DNA of 60,391 bases, counting the filler, from Squatina squatina (Eukaryota): assembly GCA_031763465.1 (NCBI GenBank). It is 4 parts of 3 records of this genome, joined end to end, with 100 filler letters (N's around TTAATTAATTAA, not from the genome) between each part and the next. Parts side by side here need not be neighbours in the genome. Positions count along the whole stretch, not along the records: positions 13,302 to 31,709 come from JARFOE010000080.1; positions 31,810 to 47,576 come from JARFOE010000176.1; 2 more parts are not named here. One strand, written 5' to 3'. Below, piece after piece: positions 25,003 through 37,784 of the stretch (position 1 is its first letter; the number at the start of each line of letters is the position of its first letter). The translations under genes and the position numbers were made by a program. The notes below the pieces were generated by a model. It was not told where the DNA came from. It did not search any database and saw only the letters and a list, made by a program, of their open reading frames with translations.

Positions 25003-26266
25003 NNNNNNNNNNNNNNNNNNNNNNNNNNNNNNNNNNNNNNNNNNNNNNNNNNNNNNNNNNNNNNNNNNNNNNNNNNNNNNNNNNNNNNNNNNNNNNNNNN
25101 NNGAATCTGCAGCTTTCCAGTCTCATGTAAGTAAGGACCAAGGCCCAATATCCATTTACCCATTCTGGCGCAGGGATCATTCCCTACGCCCAGTTCTGGC
25201 CTGTCAATTTCCAGGCCTCCATATTTTAAATAACACATTGTTGGCTTTGCACAATAGTTTTTTTTGGCATAGTTTCCACAGGTTGCTGCACAAATAGCCT
25301 TATTGTTGAATACAGCAGATTAGCATGTTTGGCATGGAGCTAAAGTGCTTCCAAATCAGGTGTAGAGAAAGTAGCCCCAGTGGCTGACCATGCTTCTGGG
25401 AAGCATTCCCTGCATTTTTGCTAGAATCAATCTACTAAGCACAATGGCTCTCGTAAGTACATCAGTTCCAGGTGCATTTGAGCAGTACTGACAAATGAAA
25501 AATCTCTTCATTATTTCAGGTATGCTATCACAAGTGTACTTACAGTACTCAGCCTCTGTGTCAGATTCAAAATACTGTTCATACAAAGGAAGGTAATTTT
25601 AAGGTTTATCTCTTTCACCTGGCTTCCTTTTATCTCTGAACTATTGCAGCTGATAAAATATTTCCAAATGGAAGAGATTAAGAGATTTCTATTCATTTTT
25701 TAAAACCTTTATTTAGCACTNNNNNNNNNNNNNNNNNNNNNNNNNNNNNNNNNNNNNNNNNNNNNNNNNNNNNNNNNNNNNNNNNNNNNNNNNNNNNNNN
25801 NNNNNNNNNNNNNNNNNNNNCGCTGCTTTTAATCTTCTTGTGACTCTGCCATTCTCCCAAGCCCATCCCAGCATTTTCAGCAGAAATGAGTGCTCTTCTC
25901 ACAATTTGCTGCAAGACTCAATAGAGCAGTACTGTACAATGAAGGTTCTCCATTACACCACCTAAAAAGAACCATTATTTGCAACATCAGAAATGTCATT
26001 TTCAACACAAATCATTCACAAACAATGAATAGCTAGACTGTTACTAGCGGGAATTCAACGAGCTTTGGGAATAAAGGAGTTATTCACCTTGCCCCAAGTA
26101 ACCTCTGCCCCATAATCAACCACTAAACAAATCTATATTACCCTACCATCTTTCAAAGTTACTTTTATAATCTTGCTGGAGTTAAAAGGCACCATTTGCA
26201 AAAGTCAAACATATACAGTGCAATTCTGTTTGTTATCTACAGGGCTTCATCATTTTGATATCAATT

Positions 26267-26734
26267 TCATAAAGTGGTGCCAGATTTCACTTTGGAAGAA
26301 AGAGCCTGCTTGAACCGTCGTTTTAAATCTTGCATGTTTGGTGACTTTGGTCGTGGAATAATTGACCCTCTTCTTTTTTCTCCATTATTGTTCATATGCA
26401 GTTTGCTAACCTCTCTGTAAACATGTTGAAAAACATCATACACGTCCTGATAGTTTTCTCTGGTGGAGATTTCTAAAAAAGTTGTACCAAGTTCATTTGC
26501 CAATTGGATTCCATCATTGGTCTGGACTTGTCTAGCATGCAGCAAGTCGCTCTTGTTGGCAACGATGATCACAGGGACCTTTGTATCAGGATGCATTTTG
26601 CGGATATGCTGGTACAGGGGACGAATCAGTTTGTAGCTGTTGTAGTCTGTTATTGAATACACCAAGATGAAGCCCTCTGCCCAGTGAATACACCTGGAGA
26701 CAAGGTCAGGAAAACGGGCACATTCTCCTTGAAC
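26267..26734 (-). CDS. RASL11A: Ras-like protein family member 11A, last exon
   Basis: VQGECARFPDLVSRCIHWAEGFILVYSITDY...IRPLYQHIRKMHPD...LLHARQVQ...PKSPNMQDLKRRFKQALS...*. Synteny with RPL21 and GTF3A favours 11A over 11B. Confidence 0.92.
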   Translation of the reverse strand, partial: VQGECARFPDLVSRCIHWAEGFILVYSITDYNSYKLIRPLYQHIRKMHPDTKVPVIIVANKSDLLHARQVQTNDGIQLANELGTTFLEISTRENYQDVYDVFQHVYREVSKLHMNNNGEKRRGSIIPRPKSPNMQDLKRRFKQALSSKVKSGTTL

Positions 26735-27360
26735 CNNNNNNNNNNTAAAAGTAAAAGAAATGTGTCAGAAAAACAGCCCAAAACCCAGATGCATCATTGT
26801 GTTTTTCACAGAACACCTCCTTTCACCGTTCTATTTTTCTCATTCAGTGTAAGTTTGTGAAGTAGAAGTAGAAATAAGTTACCCTTGTGTTGAATTAGCC
26901 AACTGCATTCATGGAGGCAATAGATGCACTACAACTGGCCTCAGTTTATCAAAGTAGAAAGTAGGAAGGCCCAAATATCTACTTCTGATTCCAATTCAGC
27001 TCATAACTCCTGGCAAGTCCACATAGGAATGTGCAGAACCAGAAAAGAACAGGCCAGTCCCATGTGTGAACTAGGTGTAAGGAAAGGATCAGGCTTGACT
27101 GTCGTCCCACCACTCACAGTCTAGGACTATACTTGAAGAATGGTTACTTAAGCAAGATACCAAAGGGCGGATAGCATCTGTGGAACTGTACATCAGCAAC
27201 AGTCACCATCTTTAGGAATGGCCCCTTAATGAGGAACAAAAATGCCTAACATCTGTCAACACTTAACAGTTACTGATAATAGGGAATTAACAGGGAACAC
27301 TGCAAAATGCCATAGCAGTTACTGACGGCCAATAGGAAATGATCCGCAGCTTCTAGATAC

Positions 27361-27514
27361 AAGGCCACCNNNNNNNNNNNNNNNNNNNNNNNNNNNNNNN
27401 NNNNNNNNNNNNNNNNNNNNNNNNNNNNNNNNNNNNNNNNNNNNNNNNNNNNNNNNNNNNNNNNNNNNNAAAGCTGTTCTCCTTCAATGTGAACTAGTCT
27501 TGAATAAAGATTTC
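27361..27514 (-). CDS. RASL11A: RASL11A internal exon (interrupted by a gap)
   Basis: Acceptor ccatag, then GNLYSRLVHIEGEQL, a gap, and GGL followed by the probable donor gtatct. The 3' end of the exon is less certain. Confidence 0.8.
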
Positions 27515-27617
27515 CTATGGAGGTAAAAACAATGGTTTGCAACAAATTATTTATTCCATGATTTAAATATTCATTTTTATTGGTCAATTTTGGTTGACTG
27601 GTTTAAGAAATACACAC

Positions 27618-27674
27618 CTGTATTTGATTCATAATCCCCAATAAACCTCTTTGTTAAGAACCGAACAATCAAGG
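27618..27674 (-). CDS. RASL11A: RASL11A internal exon
   Basis: 57-nt ag/gt exon encoding (A)LIVRFLTKRFIGDYESNT(G). Confidence 0.9.
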
Positions 27675-28415
27675 CTGGAAGGAAACAAAAAGACATGTTA
27701 ATATTGTTTTTCAATTACAAGTACAATCAATCATTCTCTCCTAGGCATTTGAGAAATTATAATGGGCATTGTAAGCATCAGAGATACACAGTTGTTTTTG
27801 TGCCCAGTCAAGTAACTCAAAAGAAGAGGCTAATGTAGCAGCCATGTATCTGTTCACTCCTTCAAAACAAAAACAGCTGCTATATTGGTTTAATGACACA
27901 CTGGATCTGCCAGTTCCAGTCGGTGGCAATCCTAAAGGAAACTTGCCAGAGTCACGAAGGCTGGCCGCTGCAAATAGCCGTTTTGTTACTGGAACTTTTC
28001 ACTATTGCAAGCTGGTGGCACAACTATGGCTCAAACATAAAAACAACCTAAAAAGAATCAGTTGCTAGGATAAAGGGGAACAAGCAGAGGTCAGATCTAC
28101 AGGGTCCATCCCCAGGGGCCTCAGCCAAATATAGGGCTCAGTAAAACCTGCCATAACACAGTAGAACNNNNNNNNNNNNNNNNNNNNNNNNNNNNNNNNN
28201 NNNNNNNNNNNNNNNNNNNNNNNNNNNNNNNNNNNNNNNNNNNNNNNNNNNNNNNNNNNNNNNNNNNGTTTGACGAACTTTTGATCAGACTTCCAAATAT
28301 CTGCTTTCGTGGCTCAGTGTCTACTTTTTAAAATCAGACCTCTGCAGTGCTTTGGAACTTTTTTCAAAGTTAAAAAGCACCATACAAGTGCAAATTTTTA
28401 AACTGTTTATACTCA

Positions 28416-28540
<125 letters not shown>

Positions 28541-29509
28541 CTAAAGAGAAAAACAGTTTCGTTCTTACCCGTGAATTTTGAAATAGGGTCTCATCTATCA
28601 AGCATAGTTCATTAAAATCCAAATCGAAGCGTTCAATATAATTAAGCATAACAGATGTTCTTTTTCACCCATTAGATTTCTCAGTGCAGGAATTGCAATC
28701 TGAATAGTTCAAATCACTTGTACAGAAATACTTGCATGTAGGCCAAGATATAGGTTTTAAGCAGTGTGTTAGAGACCAAGCGGTCTGGGGGGAGGATTCC
28801 AGAACTTAGGGCCTAGAGAGCTGAAAGCAGTCGCCAATGGTGGGGCACGAAGTAGGGAGACCAAAACCGGAGGAGCTCTTGTTGCAATGCTGATACCCAA
28901 AGAATTTTTTATATCAAAATCTAAAGCAACAAAGGGCACACTGTTGCAATAGATCATTCCAAAGTATTGGCGTCACCTAAAAAATCTTCTCATTCAGAGA
29001 AAACACTGTAGCCCCAATCGTCTTACTTCAATTCTAATATACACAGAATTGATCGGTAGTATAGTGAACCAAACTTATAGTAACTCAAACAGCAATAAAT
29101 ATGGCTTCAGAAGGGGGCAATCGTGCTTGACAACCCACCTAGATTTTTCAATGGAAGTGACAAGCCACATGGACCATGAGAAATCCTAGACTTCCAAAGG
29201 GTACTGGGCCAAGTTCCATGAAAAGGCCACTCACTAGTTAGGTGAGAATTCAGGCTAAGTCTGGGAAATGGATATTTGTTACGAGCTACGTCAGAGTGGG
29301 AGGAGATTCTGCACAGGGTGCTGCAGAGTTTAGGGCTGGGATCACTGATTTACATGAGGTGATCTTACAGGAGTATGTTAATTAAAGTAGAAAATATAAA
29401 CTTAAGATTTTAAAATCAGGAAATTATTCAGTGATCAAAGTATCAAATCCAGATCAAAGTATCAAATGGATTTCAAGACAGAACAATGGAGACAAAAAGC
29501 AGAATCATT

Positions 29510-29986
29510 TAACAAAGTCTTGTATTTATATAGAGCCTTTCACATAGTAAAACATCAAGATACTTCACAGGAGTATTACGAGACAAAAATTAACACTGAC
29601 CCACATGGGAGAAATTAGGGCAGATGACCAAAATTTTGGTCAAAGGTAGGTTTTAAGGAGTGTCTTAAAAGGAGGAAAGAGGTTTAGGCAGGGAATTACA
29701 GAGCTTAGGGCCTAGGCAATAGAAGGCACGGTCACCAATTATATCAGGGACACTCAAAGCAGAATTAGAGGAGCGCAGATATCTCGGGGGGTTGCGTGGC
29801 CGAAGGAGATTACAGAGATAGGGAGGGGCAACAAGGATGAGAAATTTGAAATTGAAGCATTACTTAGCCAGGAGCCAATGTAGGTCTGCGAGCATAGGGG
29901 GTGATGGGTGAACAGGATGTGGCTCAAGTTAGGATAAGACAGCCAAGTTTTGGATGACCTCAAGTTTACATTGGGTAGAATGTGGG
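29510..29986 (-). mobile_element. L2-clade LINE 3' fragment
   Basis: Same terminus and body as the other L2 copies in the window. Confidence 0.68.
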
Positions 29987-31139
29987 NNNNNNNNNNNNNN
30001 NNNNNNNNNNNNNNNNNNNNNNNNNNNNNNNNNNNNNNNNNNNNNNNNNNNNNNNNNNNNNNNNNNNNNNNNNNNNNNNNNNNNNNGTAGTAGCACAAAA
30101 TTGGCGGTAGAAAATCAGCATTCCGTTTTAAATGTCGTTCGATTTCCTTTACCATTGAAGACCACAAAAGAAATCTGATCTTATACCTGCTAAACCATTC
30201 CCTGTGGGGAGGTGCTCTAAACATACACATCCTAAGGTCAAATTGCAGATTGTCTGCAAAAGGTTTTTTCTCAAGATGCATCTTGTTCATTCGTAGGTTC
30301 TCTATTTGTTCAGTTGTGATTTGTTGCTGTTTTATGAATATGAAATTAGAGCCAATCAGATGTAAATGTGACATACATTTTGCACACGTGACACCTTCAT
30401 ATATGACACTTTGAGGTTACAGCTCGGGCATTTTTCCTAACACCGCAAAGGGACAGTTCCCCCAAGTCTGCTAATCCTTATACATTCCATGCCTGAAATA
30501 GCATGCCCAGAATTAACAATTACCCTTTGAGATGATATCAACCACTGGAGTTCACAGAGAATGCCCATCGTTCTCTTTTAACTTCTCTCAAATGGGGAAA
30601 ACACTGTACCATCAGACCAAAATAAATAGATTAAAACTAACAGTCAAATTTATGTACCAGGAGAATACACAAAAGACAGCAAGTGCTTATAGTGCAATCA
30701 GTCCACAAGGAGGGAAATTATCTTTTTTAGAATTGATATCTTTCACAGATTCAGAAGTGGCAGGATTCTTGGATGAACCAGACTTTCATAAACCTTCACA
30801 ATGTGAAGTTGCAGATGAAGGATACAAATGTTCAATCTACAGATCTCAGATCTCTCGATGGAACTGACACTGAATAACAAAAGTTGGATAGGTTAGCATA
30901 TGATACCTTTACCTTTAAGTTATAACCATACCTTTGAAGCCTTTGGATAGCCTTAAGAGCGCAACAGATTTCACATTTTCTGAGGAAAGTGTTAATGTNN
31001 NNNNNNNNNNNNNNNNNNNNNNNNNNNNNNNNNNNNNNNNNNNNNNNNNNNNNNNNNNNNNNNNNNNNNNNNNNNNNNNNNNNNNNNNNNNNNNNNNNGA
31101 GCACAAAACATTTAATTATTTTTCCTCTCTTTTTACCAG

Positions 31140-31220
31140 GGCATCAATGCCTCTGCTTTGGAGAAAGAGATTGGGCCAGAACAGTTTCCAGTCAATGAAC
31201 ATTATTTTGGTTTAGTCAAT
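31140..31220 (+). CDS. USP12: Ubiquitin-specific protease 12, second coding exon
   Basis: 81-nt ag/gt exon encoding [27 protein letters not shown]. The KEIG and FPVN residues and the divergent position relative to RPL21 favour USP12 over USP46. Confidence 0.92.
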
Positions 31221-31431
31221 GTAAGTACCTGAAATTTCAAAATGGCACCAACAAATCAGTGTTGATCAGATTACTATGATTTAAGTGTTTAAAGCAATTT
31301 GCTGACTCTAAGTTTATAAATGGCTAAATAGTGAGTTGTTAAAATATTTGATTTCATTCAATACATTTCACATTATTCATAATTGGGACCGGAGGTTTAA
31401 TAACAGAGGGGAAATATTATTCAGTCTCTGT

Positions 31432-31709
31432 GGGCCCCAATTCGACCACGCCGAAATCGGCTGCTACATTGTTCCGGGGCTCAGTGTTTCTGCACCGGCC
31501 CAGAGCTATATCTTCTGCCCTGGACTTGCGGTCTTGCTTCTTTTCCAGGTCTGCACTAATTCCTGCGGAGTGCAGGATAAGGTTGGCACGCTGCCAAGGC
31601 CAGCACGTTTGCGTCAACTGCGGCCCCGCTTCCTGCCTTAAAAGGGAGGGCTGCCGGCTAAGGCAACGGAGCCTCGGGGCACGTTGCTAGGCCACCAGGG
31701 AGCTGGGTT
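31432..31709. mobile_element. GC-rich MITE-like fragment
   Basis: Begins gggccccaattc, like the TIR of the 39056-39626 element. Truncated by the linker. Confidence 0.45.
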
Positions 31710-31809
31710 NNNNNNNNNNNNNNNNNNNNNNNNNNNNNNNNNNNNNNNNNNNNTTAATTAATTAANNNNNNNNNNNNNNNNNNNNNNNNNNNNNNNNNNN
31801 NNNNNNNNN
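31710..31809. other. Artificial scaffold-joining linker
   Basis: N44-TTAATTAATTAA(31754-31765)-N44. Confidence 0.95.
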
Positions 31810-33523
31810 CTCTTGACGCTAATTTTACAAAACAGCTGTGCGACAGTAAGTCAGAAATATTTCTTAAGTTATAGGGAACAGTCAGGCTTGTATAAACCTG
31901 CACCAGAGGAAAAATGTTTCTTTCCCTGAAAGAGAGAATGACGATAGCTAGTTATCACTTTCTCTTACTTATAAATCTTAAAGTACTGGAGGCTGCATAT
32001 AGCAAAATATTCCACCATAATGCAGTTATACTGAACATAGCCCATTGCCTTTAAAACATCCACTGAAATTCAGCAAAAGATACAACAGCTGTCTGAATTA
32101 CTATTATTCAGCCCTAGAGGTGGAAACTCAGTTCAGTGTCATCTAGCATAACTCATTGAGTGCACATTGTTCCATTTAATTCATGTTTTCCTCCATCTCT
32201 GTGCACATTATGACCAAAGGTCAAAATGTGTTCATCTCAAAAGTGAGCATCTTCCCCCTAAATCTTCAGGATTAGAGCGGAGCTTCCTGCATTATGTGGA
32301 GCCTTGTTTCTGAAATGCTTCCGATTCAGTATATTAGTCATAACATAAGGTAGTAAATATCTGGTATATATATATATACCTTATCTGCATCTGGCTTCAG
32401 GTTTTTGTTATTAATTTATCCCTACCAAAGTGTTTTTTTCTGTAATAATCATTAGCATTAATTATTCCTCATTCGCTAGGGGAAAATAATGAAATAGAGT
32501 AAATCCTTGAAGAATTGTAGACTATCAAATTTTAACATGCCCTGATTAAAGTTATCTGACAAAGAAAACACAAACTGGACTGAAACAGATGGAAAAATAT
32601 CAGTCAGATTTCCTGGACAGGGAGTTGTAATATATAAGCATGTGCCTCAGTCAGATACTGACAAAAAAAACAGTTTACTGCTGGGAGCTGGATTTGTTTC
32701 AATTTAAAAGTGTGCAGATTATTTTTAAAGACCCTCGCCCGTCTGTACACCCCACCATGTTCAGTCTACTAACCATACTTTTTCCAAAGCTGAACTTGAC
32801 TTTTAACAAAATGGTCCTTAAATATATATCCCTGCAGTTTATTGCTGTTTTTGGAAACAGTTGCAGTAGCACTCAGCTGTTTTCATATATTTCGATGCAG
32901 ACTATGAAGTTATCCCTTATTGAATGGTGAACTAATTCTTACATTTATAGAGTGCAGCTAAGTCCAAAAAGCCATTTTACCCCCTAAATAAAGTATTTAC
33001 CATAATGCGGCTCGGGAAATGGTTGAATGTGGAATTAAGTTACCAATCTGGGATAACAGTGGGGGATCATGGTCTGTTCTGATTTTCGCATGGATCTGTG
33101 ACAGATTTTTTTTTTTACTTGGCAGTGATTCTCAGNNNNNNNNNNNNNNNNNNNNNNNNNNNNNNNNNNNNNNNNNNNNNNNNNNNNNNNNNNNNNNNNN
33201 NNNNNNNNNNNNNNNNNNNNNNNNNNNNNNNNNNNNNNNNNTTTTAATACAATGAAGTATCTGCTGCAGAGGAAGGAATTATATACAGGAGATTGTAGGG
33301 TTCAGAATGATTATGAACATAAAGCCTTAAACTTTATATCTCACATACTAACCATTGAAGAATAATTCTTGCTGTGCATAACAAGATAATTCTTTTCAAG
33401 ATAAGATATTTTACTTCTGTTCACTTGTTAATCGTCCCATAAATACAAGACTAAATTTATGTCGGGTCTTCGTGTCTATTTGGTGAATTGGTCAACAAAT
33501 TGACAGTTGTTTACCTTCTGCAG

Positions 33524-33642
33524 GTGAAGCAGCTGGGAGGCAGCAAGTTCCTGCATCCCCTCCAGCATCAGAAAACAGCAGCACGGCTCACAGCATTGGC
33601 AGCACACAAAGCACTCCCTGTTCGAGCAGCAGTACGGCCTAA
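33524..33642 (+). CDS. TGFBR3: TGF-beta receptor III (betaglycan) terminal coding exon
   Basis: After the ctgcag acceptor: (G)EAAGRQQVPASPPASENSSTAHSIGSTQSTPCSSSSTA*. This is the conserved betaglycan cytoplasmic tail ending in the PDZ-binding STA. Convergent with CDC7, as in human. Confidence 0.93.
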
Positions 33643-35204
33643 CCCTGAGGGAAATAGCTGTGAGGAAATGGAGTATAGAGGCAAAGTTCAAAGTGGCTAA
33701 TTGTTGATGTTAGTATCCTGAGGATAAAAGGAAGATCTTCAGTTGCCTTTGAAAGCNNNNNNNNNNNNNNNNNNNNNNNNNNNNNNNNNNNNNNNNNNNN
33801 NNNNNNNNNNNNNNNNNNNNNNNNNNNNNNNNNNNNNNNNNNNNNNNNNNNNNNNNNNNNNNNNNNNNNNNNNNNNNNNNNNNNNNNNNNNNNNNNNNNN
33901 NNNNNNNNNNNNNNNNNNNNNNNNNNNNNNNNNNNNNNNNNNNNNNNNNNNNNNNNNNNNNNNNNNNNNNNNNNNNNNNNNNNNNNNNNNNNNNNNNNNN
34001 NNNNNNNNNNNNNNNNNNNNNNNNNNNNNNNNNNNNNNNNNNNNNNNNNNNNNNNNNNNNNNNNNNNNNNNNNNNNNNNNNNNNNNNNNNNNNNNNNNNN
34101 NNNNNNNNNNNNNNNNNNNNNNNNNNNNNNNNNNNNNNNNNNNNNNNNNNNNNNNNNNNNNNNNNNNNNNNNNNNNNNNNNNNNNNNNNNNNNNNNNNNN
34201 NNNNNNNNNNNNNNNNNNNNNNNNNNNNNNNNNNNNNNNNNNNNNNNNNNNNNNNNNNNNNNNNNNNNNNNNNNNNNNNNNNNNNNNNNNNNNNNNNNNN
34301 NNNNNNNNNNNNNNNNNNNNNNNNNNNNNNNNNNNNNNNNNNNNNNNNNNNNNNNNNNNNNNNNNNNNNNNNNNNNNNNNNNNNNNNNNNNNNNNNNNNN
34401 NNNNNNNNNNNNNNNNNNNNNNNNNNNNNNNNNNNNNNNNNNNNNNNNNNNNNNNNNNNNNNNNNNNNNNNNNNNNNNNNNNNNNNNNNNNNNNNNNNNN
34501 NNNNNNNNNNNNNACGGTACTGATTATTGCATACTGTACAGTTGAATGTATTTTGCATCGAGAATTAATAATGTATTCCTTGTATATAAACATTGATAGA
34601 ACTCTCCCGAGCAGAGTACAGAGTATTTTAGTAACATATAAGCTATATTTTTTATTGTGTTCTAAGGGCATATTCGGTGATCCACTGCTGCCAGCAGGGA
34701 GCTAAAGCTCAGTGAGCACAGGTGCGATACTCTGCGCCAGCTACAATGTTGTAGCCCGATCTCTGACCCGCACTCCCTCCTTTTTGAAGGTGGTTTTCCT
34801 GCTAAGACTGCAGGATTGCTGAATTTACCCTTTAATCTTAACGTTACATTACAATGGAACTCATTTATACAAATGTGTATTAACTTTGCTAACTGTGAAT
34901 TTTTCATTGAATTTTATAAGTACTTTTGCTACTTTGCTACCAGATTTTTACTCATTCCCCTCTGAAATTCTGTTTGGGTAATAGAAGTTGATTTGTTTAA
35001 TCAGAGTCAGTCCTTNNNNNNNNNNGCATATTTTAACTTCTGACAACTGAAGATATTGTACCAAATATGTGCACTTTTCCAAGGCTAGTAACTGTGTCTG
35101 AAGTACTTTAGAGCTAGATGTGGTTCCAAAGATGATAAAAAGAATACCAGCAGAATTGTATGATTAAACTTAGTAAAATCTATTTTGTGCACATTTGTGG
35201 ATGT

Positions 35205-36395
35205 AATCATAGAATATTACAGCACAGTAGGAGGCCATTCGGCCCATTGAGTCTGCGCCTCGAGTCTTTCCAAGAGCAATCCAGTTAGCTCCACTCCCCT
35301 GCTCTTTCCCCACTTCCATTCATTTTTTTCTCCTTCAAGTATTTATCCAATTCACTTTTGAAGGCTACTACTGAATCTGTATCCACCATCCTATCAGTCA
35401 GTGCATACCAAATCATAACCACTTGTTGTGTATAGGAGTTTTTCCCCATGTCACCTCTGGTTCTTTTGCCAATCACCTTAAATCTGTGTCCTCTCGTTCT
35501 GGCCCCTTACGCCCGTGGANNNNNNNNNNNNNNNNNNNNNNNNNNNNNNNNNNNNNNNNNNNNNNNNNNNNNNNNNNNNNNNNNNNNNNNNNNNNNNNNN
35601 NNNNNNNNNNNNNNNNNNNCCCCGGAAATTCAGCTGGTGCGCAAAGGCCTTTGCGCCTGGCCAGCTGAATTTCGTGGTCGATCAGTGCATGACGTCATCA
35701 AAACGCACGCTGACACGCAGCCACAATGTCCTTCATTCTCCGTTTGCGTCCCGCAGGCGAAATTCACCCATGGGAGACGGCCGCAGTAAAACCTGTCGCT
35801 GCAACCGTGCTGTTAAAGGGGAGGGCATCTGCACCTCCAGCCGCCGTCTTTATTTTTCGTCCAACTTCGTACTCAGCCGAAAAATGGTGGCCCTCGGCTG
35901 GATCAGGCCACCATCCCCTCACCTGGCATGCCAACTGGCGTGCCAGGCTGGTGACCCGGTTGGCTGCGTCCCTGATAGTCATGGGGCCCTTTAAGGGAGG
36001 CATGGCTGTGCTGCTGACATCAGCGCGCTGTGCGCTCACACGGCGTTTCTGACGCTGCTGATGTGGCGCTGAAGCCACTCCACCAGCGTCCAAAGCCTGC
36101 CGCCCCAGGAGCGACCGGGAGCGTGCTGTGCCTCACAGGCGCCCCGGATCGCTGAATTCCGGGAGGGGCGGGGTGTGATGGACACCAGCGACAGAAATGC
36201 CGGCTCTGCCTTGTGCACGTTTTCAGCGTGGTACCAATAAATTTCAAGCCCTATGCCTCTATTTATAAAGCCCAGGATCCCGTATGCTTTACTGACTGCT
36301 TTGTTAGTCTGTCCTGCCACCTTCCTAGACTTGTGCACAAGCACTCCCAAGTGCCTCTGTTCTTGCACCCTCTTTAAAATTGTACCATTTATTAA
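35205..36395 (-). mobile_element. CR1 3' fragment, apparently interrupted by a MITE
   Basis: CR1 tail at 35205-35518. CR1 ORF2 sequence (KAYGILGFINRGI) resumes at 36252, directly after the MITE end. Confidence 0.7.
35620..36251. mobile_element. GC-rich MITE (same family as 39056-39626)
   Basis: Ends aatttcaagccc. Shares gcgcaaaggcctttgc, aattcaccc.tggga and agccgcc.tctttattt blocks with the 39056 copy. Confidence 0.6.
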
Positions 36396-36449
36396 TGACA
36401 CTGAAAAATCAAGTGACAAGGTGACCAACACACTTCACTAAAGCAGAGG

Positions 36450-37684
36450 CACAGGTTCCCATTAAACAACTAATTTTTATTCCCTTAGTCAATATATTTC
36501 TGAGCGAAGTGTCTATGAATGAATCTAATGAGCAATTTAGCACTTTAATTCTCTTTTCTTTCCACACACAAGGGCAATTTCACAATTTACTAATTTCTGA
36601 AAATTTGTATTAAACTCATACTAGCCAGTTGAATAAAGGTCATACAGTGTACGGTAACCTCATTCATATATTACTCTTTTCTGTAATATACAAAATAAAG
36701 TAGCCTCAGGCATGTCCTACTCACTACTTTTTAAAATTACAGATTTTTGATGAGCTGCTGTTAGGTGGTGATTACAGTTAACATTTTTCAGGCAGCCATT
36801 ACTAGTATTTTGCTATCTCATCTTTTTCCAAAGTGATTGGAAAAATGCCCTACAGGGATATTTTTCTCTTTTCATAATATAGGTTGAAAATGTTTAGGAG
36901 TTAGGCTGACTGCCTCAAAAGGGATAACTTTATGCCTTTCCCTTTATGCTTTCAAAATGCATGTTAATCTACTTTTAAGTTGCATGTAAAATCTTTTGTG
37001 TAATAGAATTATATACACATATATAACAATACATTTTGTGCTAACAGTATAATGATGCATAAAGAAAATCATTGAATGTAATGCCCTACANNNNNNNNNN
37101 NNNNNNNNNNNNNNNNNNCTACAACACCTTTTTGTCTTTGCTTTCTCACTTTAACACTGACTTAAGAATTCTAGTGATTCTAACCGTTGTGTAGGAAGGA
37201 TTTCTGAAACAATCGGTAGCAGTTGGATTACTTTAAACTCTAATGATTTAGTGTGAACGTTGGCAGCTCTGAACTTTAAAATTTCTGCAACTTTGGATGT
37301 TTGTATAATATATTACTGTTGGAGAAACAATTCAATTAAGATTGTAAATTTTCTGTTCTTAATACTTTGTTTGGCTTTATCTTTAAAATATATCTACCTC
37401 ACTGTTTTACTAAAGGAACAAAGCCTGTACTGCTGGTTGTACTATTTGACTTTTGTAAGTAATAGCAGGTGGTGTCTGTACCTACTTAATAGGACTGTGG
37501 TCTATTCATGTCTATTTTTCATATGCTGTTGTAAAGGGATTTGTTGTAAATGTTTAAAAATATGTGATCTTTTGCCATACTATATAATTGTGTAAAATAA
37601 AGGTGTATATCAATTAACAACATATGCAAATTGTACTTATTAAATAAACAAAATACGAGATTCAAGAAAGGTAAAAAATGAAAA
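36450..37684 (+). other. Probable distal TGFBR3 3' UTR with polyadenylation signals
   Basis: Repeat-free AT-rich sequence downstream of the stop, with AATAAA at about 37595 and 37643. Confidence 0.4.
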
Positions 37685-37784
37685 NNNNNNNNNNNNNNNN
37701 NNNNNNNNNNNNNNNNNNNNNNNNNNNNNNNNNNNNNNNNNNNNNNNNNNNNNNNNNNNNNNNNNNNNNNNNNNNNNNNNNNNN

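Noticed and set aside
33710-34705. Long ORFs spanning N runs (also 16841-17394 and 40293-40879)
   Set aside because: Their length comes from Ns.
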